Assembly (NCBI GenBank): GCA_964584525.1
Contig: CAZPAL010000001.1
Span: 1-26,213, forward strand
Reading direction: 5' to 3'
Length of the DNA stretch: 26,213 nucleotides
Origin: an uncultured Dehalococcoidales bacterium
GTDB taxonomy: Bacteria; Chloroflexota; Dehalococcoidia; Dehalococcoidales; UBA1222
The position numbers were made by a program, and so were the translations under genes. The notes under the pieces were generated by a model. That model saw nothing but the letters and a program-made list of their open reading frames with translations, made no database searches and was not told the DNA's origin. Below, piece by piece: positions 16,595 to 24,083 of the stretch; position 1 is the first letter of the stretch; each line of letters begins with the position of its first letter.

Positions 16595-17241
16595 ACATTA
16601 CCAGGGTGTTCATCGTCGACGATAATTTTATCGCCCGCCGCGGGTTACGCAGCACGCTGGAAACGGAAGCGGGCATAAACGTGGTGGGCGAGGCTTCGAC
16701 AGGGGTAGAAGCCATCGGCAGCCTGCCCGTTTCAGATGTGGATGTGGTCCTTATGGATATCCGTATGCCTGAATTGGGAGGCATAAATACCGCTGCCGAG
16801 TTGCTCAGGCAGGCGCCCGATTTGAAAATCCTGATGCTGACGGTGGTAGACGACCCGTTTACGCTGGCCGGCGCGCTGGCGGCAGGGGCCGCGGGTTACC
16901 TGGTTTACGGCCATTTTTCCCCGGAGCAACTGGCGGAAGCGGTTTTCCGGGTGGCCGCAGGGGAAACGGTATGCCTTCCGCCTCTGACGGACCTTTTCCC
17001 GGTAGAGGGGGGAGAAGCGGCGGAGGCGGGAATTGGGGCACGGATTTCCGCCCTCACGCCGCGCGAGCTCGAAGTTCTGAAGCTGATAGCCGCCGGCAGG
17101 GAAAACCGGGAGATTGCTCAAGCCCTGGGCATCGAAGAGAAAACGGTCAAGAATCACATCAACAGCATATATTCCAAACTGGGGATTTCCAACCGGCAAC
17201 AGGCGCTGCTGTGTATGCTGGATGCACGTTTTAGAAGTTGA
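16591..17241 (+). CDS. NarL/LuxR-family response regulator, 216 aa
   Basis: IVDD, LMDIRMP (phospho-acceptor Asp), and LTPRELEVLKLIAAG..N.EIA..L.I.EKTVKNHINSIYSKL HTH. ATGA overlap with the kinase. Confidence 0.95.
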   Translation: MNITRVFIVDDNFIARRGLRSTLETEAGINVVGEASTGVEAIGSLPVSDVDVVLMDIRMPELGGINTAAELLRQAPDLKILMLTVVDDPFTLAGALAAGAAGYLVYGHFSPEQLAEAVFRVAAGETVCLPPLTDLFPVEGGEAAEAGIGARISALTPRELEVLKLIAAGRENREIAQALGIEEKTVKNHINSIYSKLGISNRQQALLCMLDARFRS

Positions 17242-18175
17242 TGAACCCGTCCAGCACGAAGGTGACTATCAAAGTCAGCGGCGTTAACAGCAGCCCCTGA
17301 AATCCCGTGCGGCAGGCGGCCTCCAGTTGCTGGCGGTTGTGCCAGCGGCCTCTCAGCATGGGCACCATGCTCTGCGCCAGGAAGACAGCCGGGATGACGT
17401 TGATAAGAGCGAAGGGGGAGCGCGTCACCACCGCAGCGGGGATGAAGGCTAGAATCGCCGCCCCAGTCAGGATGGCATAAAGGCGGCTGGCGCGCGCTTG
17501 CCCTATAATAACCACCAGCGTCCTTTTGCCGGCCTGGGCGTCGGCGCGCGAATCGGGGAAATTGCGCAGTATTTTGAGCGCCGGTACGCTGAGTATGCGC
17601 GGCAGGCAGATGAGCAGCGGAAACCAGCTCGCGCCGGCCTGGATATAGTATGCCGTGAAAACCAGGGCGGCGTAACCCAGCATCATGAAGAGTTCCCCCA
17701 TGCCCCGGTAGGAAGCCTTGACCGGCGGGTTGGAGTATCCGTAGGTAAAGAACAGCCCCGCCACCCCCAGCGGAATGGTCCACGCCCCGGTATTGAAGCC
17801 GAACTGGATGACCAGCCCCAGCGGCACGGTCAGCGCGAAAAATGCCATGCCCGCTATCAGTACATGGCGGCGTTTCAGCCGCCCCTGCACCAGCACCCGC
17901 GTGCCGCCGGTGGTGTCCAGTCCCATGCCGCGCTTCTCGCCGCCGATGCGCTCGCGGTTCAGCCGGTCGCTTTCATAGTCCTGGTATTCGTTGGTAAGAT
18001 AGATGCCGTTGGCCATGAAAAATACCGCCAGCAGGCCGGCGATGAATACGCCCCAATGGAACTGGCCGGCGTGGTACCAGGCCAGCACCGAACCCAGCAC
18101 GAACGAAAAGACATCGTTGGAATGGCGGGGGAATTTTTGCACCTCAATCCAGGCCTTTAAACTGTTCGTGGACAT
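17231..18175 (-). CDS. UbiA-superfamily prenyltransferase, MenA-like (copy 2), 314 aa
   Basis: NEYQDYESD, YSNPP..SYRGMGE and RNFPDSRADAQAGKRTLVV. SD AAGGAG. Collinear with copy 1. Confidence 0.88.
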   Translation of the reverse strand: MSTNSLKAWIEVQKFPRHSNDVFSFVLGSVLAWYHAGQFHWGVFIAGLLAVFFMANGIYLTNEYQDYESDRLNRERIGGEKRGMGLDTTGGTRVLVQGRLKRRHVLIAGMAFFALTVPLGLVIQFGFNTGAWTIPLGVAGLFFTYGYSNPPVKASYRGMGELFMMLGYAALVFTAYYIQAGASWFPLLICLPRILSVPALKILRNFPDSRADAQAGKRTLVVIIGQARASRLYAILTGAAILAFIPAAVVTRSPFALINVIPAVFLAQSMVPMLRGRWHNRQQLEAACRTGFQGLLLTPLTLIVTFVLDGFINF

Positions 18176-18282
18176 GGCTCCTTTTCTTTCTGTGCGATAT
18201 GGGCAGGCGCGTATTCCAGGGTCAAGCCCGCACGGCTGTCAACCGCTGCTCGCGCAGGCCGGCCAGCAAAGCGGACGAGTGT

Positions 18283-19992
18283 TTATTTTTTGCCGAAGAG
18301 CGCATTCCAGGCGGCTGAAAAATAGCGCAGGCGTATCAGCCCTACCGGGATTTCGAGTTCCAGCCGCTCTGCCGCCTGGAATCCGTTGACGCTGTCCATC
18401 TCCGGTTTCAGCCGGGCGATGCCGGCGCTGTCCTCGTTTTTCATCAGCGTGTCGATTTTCTCCTCCAGCACCCTGGCGCGCCGGATGCGCTCCAGTTGCT
18501 CGTCGGCCGCTTTCTGGGGAATCTGCCCGTACCTGGCCTTAAGCGCCGTCAGGCGGGCAATGGCTTCGTAAGTGACTTCGGTAATTTCATCGCGGCTGAG
18601 CCACTGGGTCTCGTAATTGATGCTGTATTTCCAGCTGGGCAGGGTCAACGCCCGGCGGTGCTCCTCCAGCGTTTTAAAGCGCAGGCGGAAACCGTAACGT
18701 TCCGGGTATTCGAAGGCCAGCGAGCCGGGCGCCATGAAAGGCGCCTGGTGCCCCATGAACAGGAAGAGGCGTTTATCTGCCTTGAATTTTTGCAGCAGGT
18801 GTTCGCAGTAGTCCACCGTGTCCAGCACCGATTGCCTGTCCTGTTTTTGCAACCCTATCATGAAGAATATTTCCAGCCGGCTGGCTCCCGCCTCTAGGGC
18901 GGCGCCAATCATCTTTTCCATGTCTTCATTCGAGAAATCCCGTCCCAGCGAAAGGCGGCGCACCTCCGGGTCGTGCGACTCCGGCGACATGTCCAGCGAA
19001 AAACCGGGTGCCGCTTCGGCCATGCCAGCGATAAACTGCGGGGACATGGGGTTGAAGGCCTCGAACATCAGCGTGTTTTTTACCCGCCTGGCCTTGATGA
19101 GCGACAGCAGCCGCTCGGCGCGCTCCATTCCGCCTTCGCGGATGTCGCCCACAATCAGAATCGGCCCGCGGCTGATGCGGCTGATGTTGAGCACATCCTT
19201 GAAGATGTCCTCCGGGCTGCGCCGGGCTACCTCGGTACGGTTGGCAAAACCGCTCATGGCGTCGCGCGCCCCCGCGCAGAAAATACAGTTATAGACGCAG
19301 CCGCGGCAGGTGAAGACGGCCGTCACCGGGTATTTCAGCCAGCCCTTGAAAGGAACCACGCTGGCCAAGTCGCGGTAACGTAGCACCTGCCTTACCATCA
19401 GGCCGTAATGGTTACCCATCACATGGCTGATATCGGTTGGGACATAGCTGAAGGGGTTTTCATGCACGGCGCCGGCGCCGTCTTTCCAAACCAGGTTGGG
19501 AACCGCGCTAAAATCACCCTCTTTGAAGGCCCGCATGAACCTGAGCAGGGGCTCCTCGGTGGAATCGCCGCGCATGACGAAATCAACTTCGGGATATTGG
19601 ATGAGTTCCCTGTAGAAACGCGAAGCGGAGAAACCGCCGAAGATTATTTTGGAATGCGGATGGTGTTTTCTGACCAGTCCGGCAATTTCTATCGAGCCAT
19701 GGGCGTGCACCATCCAGTGCAGGTCTATGCCGAAGATGGGTGCTTCGAGCTTGCGGATGAACTCCCCGGCATCGAAACGCGCGTCTCGCAGCATGCGCCA
19801 GGCCAGGTTGACGATGCGCACCCTGAAACCGGCTCTTTCCAGGTATTCGGCGATGCTGGAAAGCCCCACCGGATACATTTCGAATACCGGCGTGGAAAGC
19901 ACCAGGTCGGATACCGGGCCGTAGAGCTGGGGAATGCGGCGGAAATCATATACATGCGGGGCATGCAGCAGAATTATGTCCGGGTTAGCCAT
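18283..19992 (-). CDS. Cobalamin-binding domain / radical SAM protein (resembles the TIGR04190 Ta0216 family), about 569 aa
   Basis: N-terminal B12-binding Rossmann-like region: YPVGLSSIAEYL, IIFGGFSAS, VDFVMRGD. CxxxCxxC = CVYNCIFC; SPESHD. The start DIILLHAPHVYDFR..LYGPVSD resembles TIGR04190 as I recall it (no HMM run). Start set at 19992. Confidence 0.88.
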   Translation of the reverse strand: MANPDIILLHAPHVYDFRRIPQLYGPVSDLVLSTPVFEMYPVGLSSIAEYLERAGFRVRIVNLAWRMLRDARFDAGEFIRKLEAPIFGIDLHWMVHAHGSIEIAGLVRKHHPHSKIIFGGFSASRFYRELIQYPEVDFVMRGDSTEEPLLRFMRAFKEGDFSAVPNLVWKDGAGAVHENPFSYVPTDISHVMGNHYGLMVRQVLRYRDLASVVPFKGWLKYPVTAVFTCRGCVYNCIFCAGARDAMSGFANRTEVARRSPEDIFKDVLNISRISRGPILIVGDIREGGMERAERLLSLIKARRVKNTLMFEAFNPMSPQFIAGMAEAAPGFSLDMSPESHDPEVRRLSLGRDFSNEDMEKMIGAALEAGASRLEIFFMIGLQKQDRQSVLDTVDYCEHLLQKFKADKRLFLFMGHQAPFMAPGSLAFEYPERYGFRLRFKTLEEHRRALTLPSWKYSINYETQWLSRDEITEVTYEAIARLTALKARYGQIPQKAADEQLERIRRARVLEEKIDTLMKNEDSAGIARLKPEMDSVNGFQAAERLELEIPVGLIRLRYFSAAWNALFGKK

Positions 19993-20048
19993 AAGGCAGC
20001 CTTTCAGGGGGATTTTTACCTGTACCAAACCATTGAAACAGTAGTTGA

Positions 20049-20078
20049 ATTATAATCTCAAGACGGGATTATTAGCAA
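20049..20078 (-). promoter_or_regulatory. Candidate sigma70 promoter for the radical SAM gene (TTGCTA-N18-TATAAT)
   Basis: Reverse complements of TAGCAA (20073-20078) and ATTATA (20049-20054). A second TATAAT on the + strand (20099-20104) faces the PLP enzyme, giving back-to-back promoters. Confidence 0.5.
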
Positions 20079-20179
20079 AACCGGGCTTTCCGGCGTATTA
20101 TAATTGCTATGCGGGCAGACGGCCGCGAACCGCCGGCTCCCGCTCGAATCTGTTTTTCGACTGCCAGAAGGAGCGAAAC

Positions 20180-21319
20180 ATGAAGTTTGAAACCCGGGCC
20201 ATGCACTCCGGCCGCCGTCCGGACAAAGCCTACGGCGCGGTTTCCAGCCCCATTTATCAGACCTCGACCTTCGTCTGGGACGACGTGGACAAAACGCGCG
20301 GCTACGACTATTCGCGCTCGGCCAATCCCACGCGGCAGGTGCTGGAGGAGACACTGGCGGCGCTGGAGAGCGGGCGGGCTGCTTTCGCCTGCGCCAGCGG
20401 CATGGCCGCCGAGATCACCGTCATGCATCTTTTAAGCGCGGGCGACCACGTCATCGCCACGCATGACCTTTACGGCGGCACCTACCGGCTGCTGGCTGAA
20501 ATCATGCCGCGCTTCGGTATCGAAACTACTTTTGTACGCATGGACAACCCGGCTGACATCGAAGCCTCCCTGCGCTCCAATACGCGTATGGTGTGGCTGG
20601 AAACCCCCTCAAATCCGCTGCTTGGCATTACCGACCTGGCCATGGTGACCGGTTTCGCCCGGCAGCATGAACTGCTTACCGTGATGGACAACACCTTCGC
20701 CACCCCCTATCTCCAGCGGCCGTTCGAATACGGCGTGGATATCGTGGTGCATTCTACCACCAAGTATCTCAACGGGCACTGCGACGTGGTCGGCGGTGCC
20801 ATCGTCACCCGCGATGAAGAAATGACGCGCCGCATAGCCTTTCTGCACAATGCCCTGGGGTCTATCGCCGGGCCCTTCGACTGCTGGCTGGTGTTGCGCG
20901 GCATCGAGACGCTGGCGGTGCGCATGCGCCAGCATGTCGCCAATGCCCAGGCGGTGGCCGAGTACCTGGAAAAACACTGCGCGGTGGAGAGGGTGTATTA
21001 TCCCGGCCTGGAATCGCACCCCGGGCACGCCCTGGCCGGGCGGCAGATGAGGGGCTTCGGCGGCATGGTCTCCTTCGAGCTCAAAGGCGGGGTGGCGGCG
21101 GTGAATTCCTTCCTGCGGGGCATCAAGCTCATCTACCTGGCGGAATCGCTGGGAGGCACGCATTCGCTGGCCGAATACCCGGCCAGCATGAGCCATGCCA
21201 CCATGACGCCCGAATACCGCCGCAGCGCGGGCATCAAGGATAATCTGGTGCGGCTCTCGGTGGGGTTGGAAAACATCGAAGATTTATGGGCGGACCTGGA
21301 GCAGGCGCTCACTGCCTGA
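20180..21319 (+). CDS. Cys/Met metabolism PLP-dependent enzyme (cystathionine gamma-synthase/lyase family), about 379 aa
   Basis: PIYQTSTF, YSRSANPT, SGMAA, DLYGGT, ETPSNP, DNTFATP, HSTTKYLNGH (PLP Lys), AESLGG and RLSVGLE. SD AAGGAG before ATG 20180. Confidence 0.93.
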   Translation: MKFETRAMHSGRRPDKAYGAVSSPIYQTSTFVWDDVDKTRGYDYSRSANPTRQVLEETLAALESGRAAFACASGMAAEITVMHLLSAGDHVIATHDLYGGTYRLLAEIMPRFGIETTFVRMDNPADIEASLRSNTRMVWLETPSNPLLGITDLAMVTGFARQHELLTVMDNTFATPYLQRPFEYGVDIVVHSTTKYLNGHCDVVGGAIVTRDEEMTRRIAFLHNALGSIAGPFDCWLVLRGIETLAVRMRQHVANAQAVAEYLEKHCAVERVYYPGLESHPGHALAGRQMRGFGGMVSFELKGGVAAVNSFLRGIKLIYLAESLGGTHSLAEYPASMSHATMTPEYRRSAGIKDNLVRLSVGLENIEDLWADLEQALTA

Positions 21320-21358
21320 GATTAGAAGCACGGTGGGCTATGCCCTGTCCACTATTAT

Positions 21359-21389
21359 AGAGAACAGGAGTGTGTCGCTCCTGTTCTCT
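21359..21389. terminator. Bidirectional terminator-like hairpin between convergent genes
   Basis: AGAGAACAGGAG-tgtgtcg-CTCCTGTTCTCT perfect 12-bp stem. Confidence 0.65.
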
Positions 21390-21416
21390 GCGTTAATGCC
21401 GGCTTACTAGCAGTAT

Positions 21417-21983
21417 CTAACGGCTGAAGCTTTCCAAGTGGTCCAAATACCCGTTGAGGCTGGTATAGGCCAGCATGCCGGCGGCAATCACCAGTAAAAC
21501 GATTCCCACCCACTGCGCCAGTCGCCCCAAACCAGGGTTTCGATTGGCGAAAAACGTAGCGGGCAGTGCGAAAATCCCGGGCAGGCCGGCAAATATGAGT
21601 GCCAGTCCGGTCGGCACAGGGTTCTCCCCTAACCCCAAGTCAATAATACGGTAAGCGATAACCAGTACCACCAGGCCGGCCATGGCCCCGTAAACACCGA
21701 GCGGAGTGAAACTCCAGGATTTGTGTATGGACCAGGCTGCCCCCAGCAAGAGTGCCCCTATCATGATTGAGGGTTCGCCGAAGGCTATATTCCAAGCACC
21801 GGGCATAGGCCAGGTAAATGTCATGTGTAACCCGGTAACCAGTGATACAAAGCCGGTGATGGTGAAGGCGGGGATGAAATATTTATTATTTGTCGCATAG
21901 ATACCGCGGTATATGAATACGGCGAGTAAAAAGAGGGCTACGGCGATATTGGCGTTCATCAGGGTCAGATAAACGATAGGCAT
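21417..21983 (-). CDS. DUF981-like integral membrane protein, 188 aa
   Basis: YLTLM, GLHMTFTWPMPGAWNIAFGE pattern; about 6 TM. SD AAGGAG. Confidence 0.8.
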   Translation of the reverse strand: MPIVYLTLMNANIAVALFLLAVFIYRGIYATNNKYFIPAFTITGFVSLVTGLHMTFTWPMPGAWNIAFGEPSIMIGALLLGAAWSIHKSWSFTPLGVYGAMAGLVVLVIAYRIIDLGLGENPVPTGLALIFAGLPGIFALPATFFANRNPGLGRLAQWVGIVLLVIAAGMLAYTSLNGYLDHLESFSR

Positions 21984-22094
21984 TAGTCACTCTCCTTTTC
22001 TTTGCTTAACCAACCAGGTGCAATCCCTTGAATTTACTTTCGCAGTTCCACCTCCTTCTGTTATCAGTTCAGTATCGGCTAAAGCGCAGCGCTC

Positions 22095-22709
22095 TCACTG
22101 CCTGAGCATGAAATAAAGCGCCAGGTTCGCTCCCGGCACGACGGCTTCACCCACCAGTTTGAAGCCGAAGCGCCCGTACATGGCGACGTTTTTAAGATTC
22201 TGCGTTTCAAGGTAGCAGGGCAGTTTAATCCGGTCAAGTTCCCCGGCCAGCGCCCTGAGCAGGCGGCCGGCGTAACCGCGCCCCTGGCTCTGAGGCCGGA
22301 CCGCCAGTAAAGCCAGGTAAACATGGTGCTTCGGTGCGTAGCGTTTTTTAAACTTTTCAACCTGGCGGTTGAGCCGGAATTCCCTGACGACATAGGTCAG
22401 GCCGCATCGGAACGGCAGCCAGGGTCTGGCCCGCAGCCACGTCCAGAACGGTTCCTTGCTCAGCGAGTCCTGCCAGACGGCCACCCCCTCGCAGGCCGGT
22501 GAAGTGGCGAAAATCTCCGCCCCGCCGAGCAGCGACTGGCGCAGGTAATACTCACAGCCGTAACGCAGGCCGGCTCTTTTTTTAACATCGGGGATGGAAT
22601 AGGCCGTATAGCCATCGTCCATAAAAGCCTCAGCACAAGTGATGGATGCTTCCGCAAGCATGCCCGGGCTGACGGGAATCAACTCATCCATATATGGTTG
22701 TCGGGTCAA
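22095..22709 (-). CDS. GNAT family acetyltransferase, about 200 aa (start may be ATG 22691)
   Basis: YLALLAVRPQSQGRGYAGRLL (acetyl-CoA motif A) and CYLETQNLKNVAMYGRFGF. Confidence 0.88.
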   Translation of the reverse strand: MTRQPYMDELIPVSPGMLAEASITCAEAFMDDGYTAYSIPDVKKRAGLRYGCEYYLRQSLLGGAEIFATSPACEGVAVWQDSLSKEPFWTWLRARPWLPFRCGLTYVVREFRLNRQVEKFKKRYAPKHHVYLALLAVRPQSQGRGYAGRLLRALAGELDRIKLPCYLETQNLKNVAMYGRFGFKLVGEAVVPGANLALYFMLRQ

Positions 22710-22727
22710 CCTTTCATCCCCGGAGCC

Positions 22728-23183
22728 TCAGGGTTTTATCACCAGAACCGGCAGTTTCGACTCGCGCAGCACATAGTCAGCCACGCTGCCGAATACCGCC
22801 CGTCCCAGCCCGCCGCGCCCGTGGGTGGCGATGGCAATCAGGTCGATTCGTTTGTTTTCCGCGTAGGCAACGATGGTTTTCCCGGCCGCGCCCGGCGCGG
22901 TGGCCGTTTCCACCTTCAGATTCTTGGCCCGCAGCGGAGCGGCCAGTCTTTCAAGGTAATTTACCGCTTCTTTCTCTTCCCTTTGCGCTTGTTTCATTAA
23001 CGTTTCAGTGCCCACCGGCACAGGAGGAGACCCCGGTATTCCAGGGCTCAGAAAAGTGGGTTCGGCAGTGGCCTGAAACAGGATGATGCGGGCGGAGGAA
23101 TGCACCGCTTCCTCTGCAACATGGGGTATCACTTTTTCCGCCAGTTCGGACCCGTCCAGACAGACCATAATCCTGTGATACAT
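22728..23183 (-). CDS. Universal stress protein, 151 aa
   Basis: IMVCLDGSELAE and IAIATHGRGGLGRAVFGSVADYVLR. Confidence 0.95.
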   Translation of the reverse strand: MYHRIMVCLDGSELAEKVIPHVAEEAVHSSARIILFQATAEPTFLSPGIPGSPPVPVGTETLMKQAQREEKEAVNYLERLAAPLRAKNLKVETATAPGAAGKTIVAYAENKRIDLIAIATHGRGGLGRAVFGSVADYVLRESKLPVLVIKP

Positions 23184-23255
23184 CGCCAGTCTCCTTCGGT
23201 GTGATTTGGCTCATACTAACACATCCGTATCATGCCACGAAAGCGGGCAGATAAC

Positions 23256-23287
23256 AATATGGGAATCTCCCGGGAGGCTCCCATATT
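23256..23287. terminator. Long hairpin/palindrome downstream of the PRC-barrel gene
   Basis: AATATGGGA / TCCCATATT 9-bp arms around the self-complementary CTCCCGGGAG. The U-tract is weak, so it could be a terminator or an operator. Confidence 0.45.
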
Positions 23288-23312
23288 TGCAATGCCTGGC
23301 GTTCCCGGCTTT

Positions 23313-23870
23313 TCAGGCTGGTCTGACCAGCCTCCAGACGGCCGGTTTGCCGCACGACCTGACCGGAGGAAAAGTCTCTCCCACCGCCAGCGGTATCTCC
23401 ATTTCGGCGCCGGATGGCTGGCAATCCAACGCGCAGGACTTGGCATCCAGGTGGGTGATATATTCATAAATGCCGGACTGTTCCGCCTTTTCGCCGGTGT
23501 GGAAGGTTTCTCCCAGGCGTTTTTCCCAGTACGGCGAACAGCCATACAAGGCGTAGATGCCATGCAGCCAGTCGGCGTTGACCTCTTCCGGCCACCTCTC
23601 CTTGTCGATGCCCGGGGCGTCCTCCAGAGCGGTCCTGGGCAGGTTCAGCACGAACTTCGCCTCCATGGGTTTCCAAACCAACCTTTCGAAGGGTATGGCA
23701 ATCCATTTATCCGAAATGCCCAGCACGCCTCCGAAAGAGACAACCACCAGAGCCACCCGGCCGGTGACCATGTCAATCATGAAGTTCTGCACCTGCCCCA
23801 TGTCGTCTCCATTGGCGTTGATGACATCGTAAACCTTGAGTTTGCTGGTCGGCACTAGCCTGTTAATCAT
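23313..23870 (-). CDS. PRC-barrel protein fused to a C-terminal YjzC-like domain, 185 aa
   Basis: PRC barrel: SKLKVYDVINANGDDMGQVQNFMID...GRVALVVVSFGGVLG..DKWIAIPF, L..APG.D...WP, YGCSPYW. The C-terminal TGEKAEQSGIY..IPLAVGETFPP...W resembles YjzC-like proteins. SD AAGGAG. Confidence 0.85.
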   Translation of the reverse strand: MINRLVPTSKLKVYDVINANGDDMGQVQNFMIDMVTGRVALVVVSFGGVLGISDKWIAIPFERLVWKPMEAKFVLNLPRTALEDAPGIDKERWPEEVNADWLHGIYALYGCSPYWEKRLGETFHTGEKAEQSGIYEYITHLDAKSCALDCQPSGAEMEIPLAVGETFPPVRSCGKPAVWRLVRPA

Positions 23871-24083
23871 GTTCTGCGCTCCTTTTTCGGGGTGATATTG
23901 GAGGTTTCGTCCAATTTTACCAGCCCGAAGGTTACAAAGTCCTAAAATTATCGGCTAAAAGATAAAGAAAGGATTACATCCTTGTCCCGTTCAATGAATC
24001 CCGGAGTTCCGGGCGTGGGGCGGCTAACCCGGGGCTTGAGGCGGCGTTGTATAATGGGATGGTATCCAGCGGAGGGGTTTGTC

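Noticed and set aside
4809-17241. Convergent 3' overlaps or abutments (rbr/cca 17 bp, regulator/prenyltransferase-2 11 bp, 11673/11675) as antisense regulation
   Set aside because: Short tail-to-tail overlaps are common in compact genomes, and nothing in the sequence supports a regulatory role.
20105-20170. SAM riboswitch or T-box ahead of the Cys/Met PLP enzyme
   Set aside because: The leader is only about 70 nt. It has one GC-rich hairpin (GCGGG...CCCGC) but no SAM-I/II/IV or T-box core sequence.
7957-20179. Extended N-termini in the ORF track (10122, 15186, 15221, 20028, 20045; likewise 2734, 6041, 23982)
   Set aside because: The extensions run through promoter or intergenic DNA. SD position, ATGA coupling and family N-termini support the shorter starts used above.
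21333-21352. GGTGGGCTATGCCC..CCAC fragment as another REP-type repeat
   Set aside because: It is a single degenerate copy in the window and too short to support a call.
23969-24013. Short dyads AAGGAT-tac-ATCCTT and CCCGGA-gt-TCCGGG in a divergent intergenic region
   Set aside because: The 6-bp arms are within chance expectation, and there is no second occurrence to define a motif.
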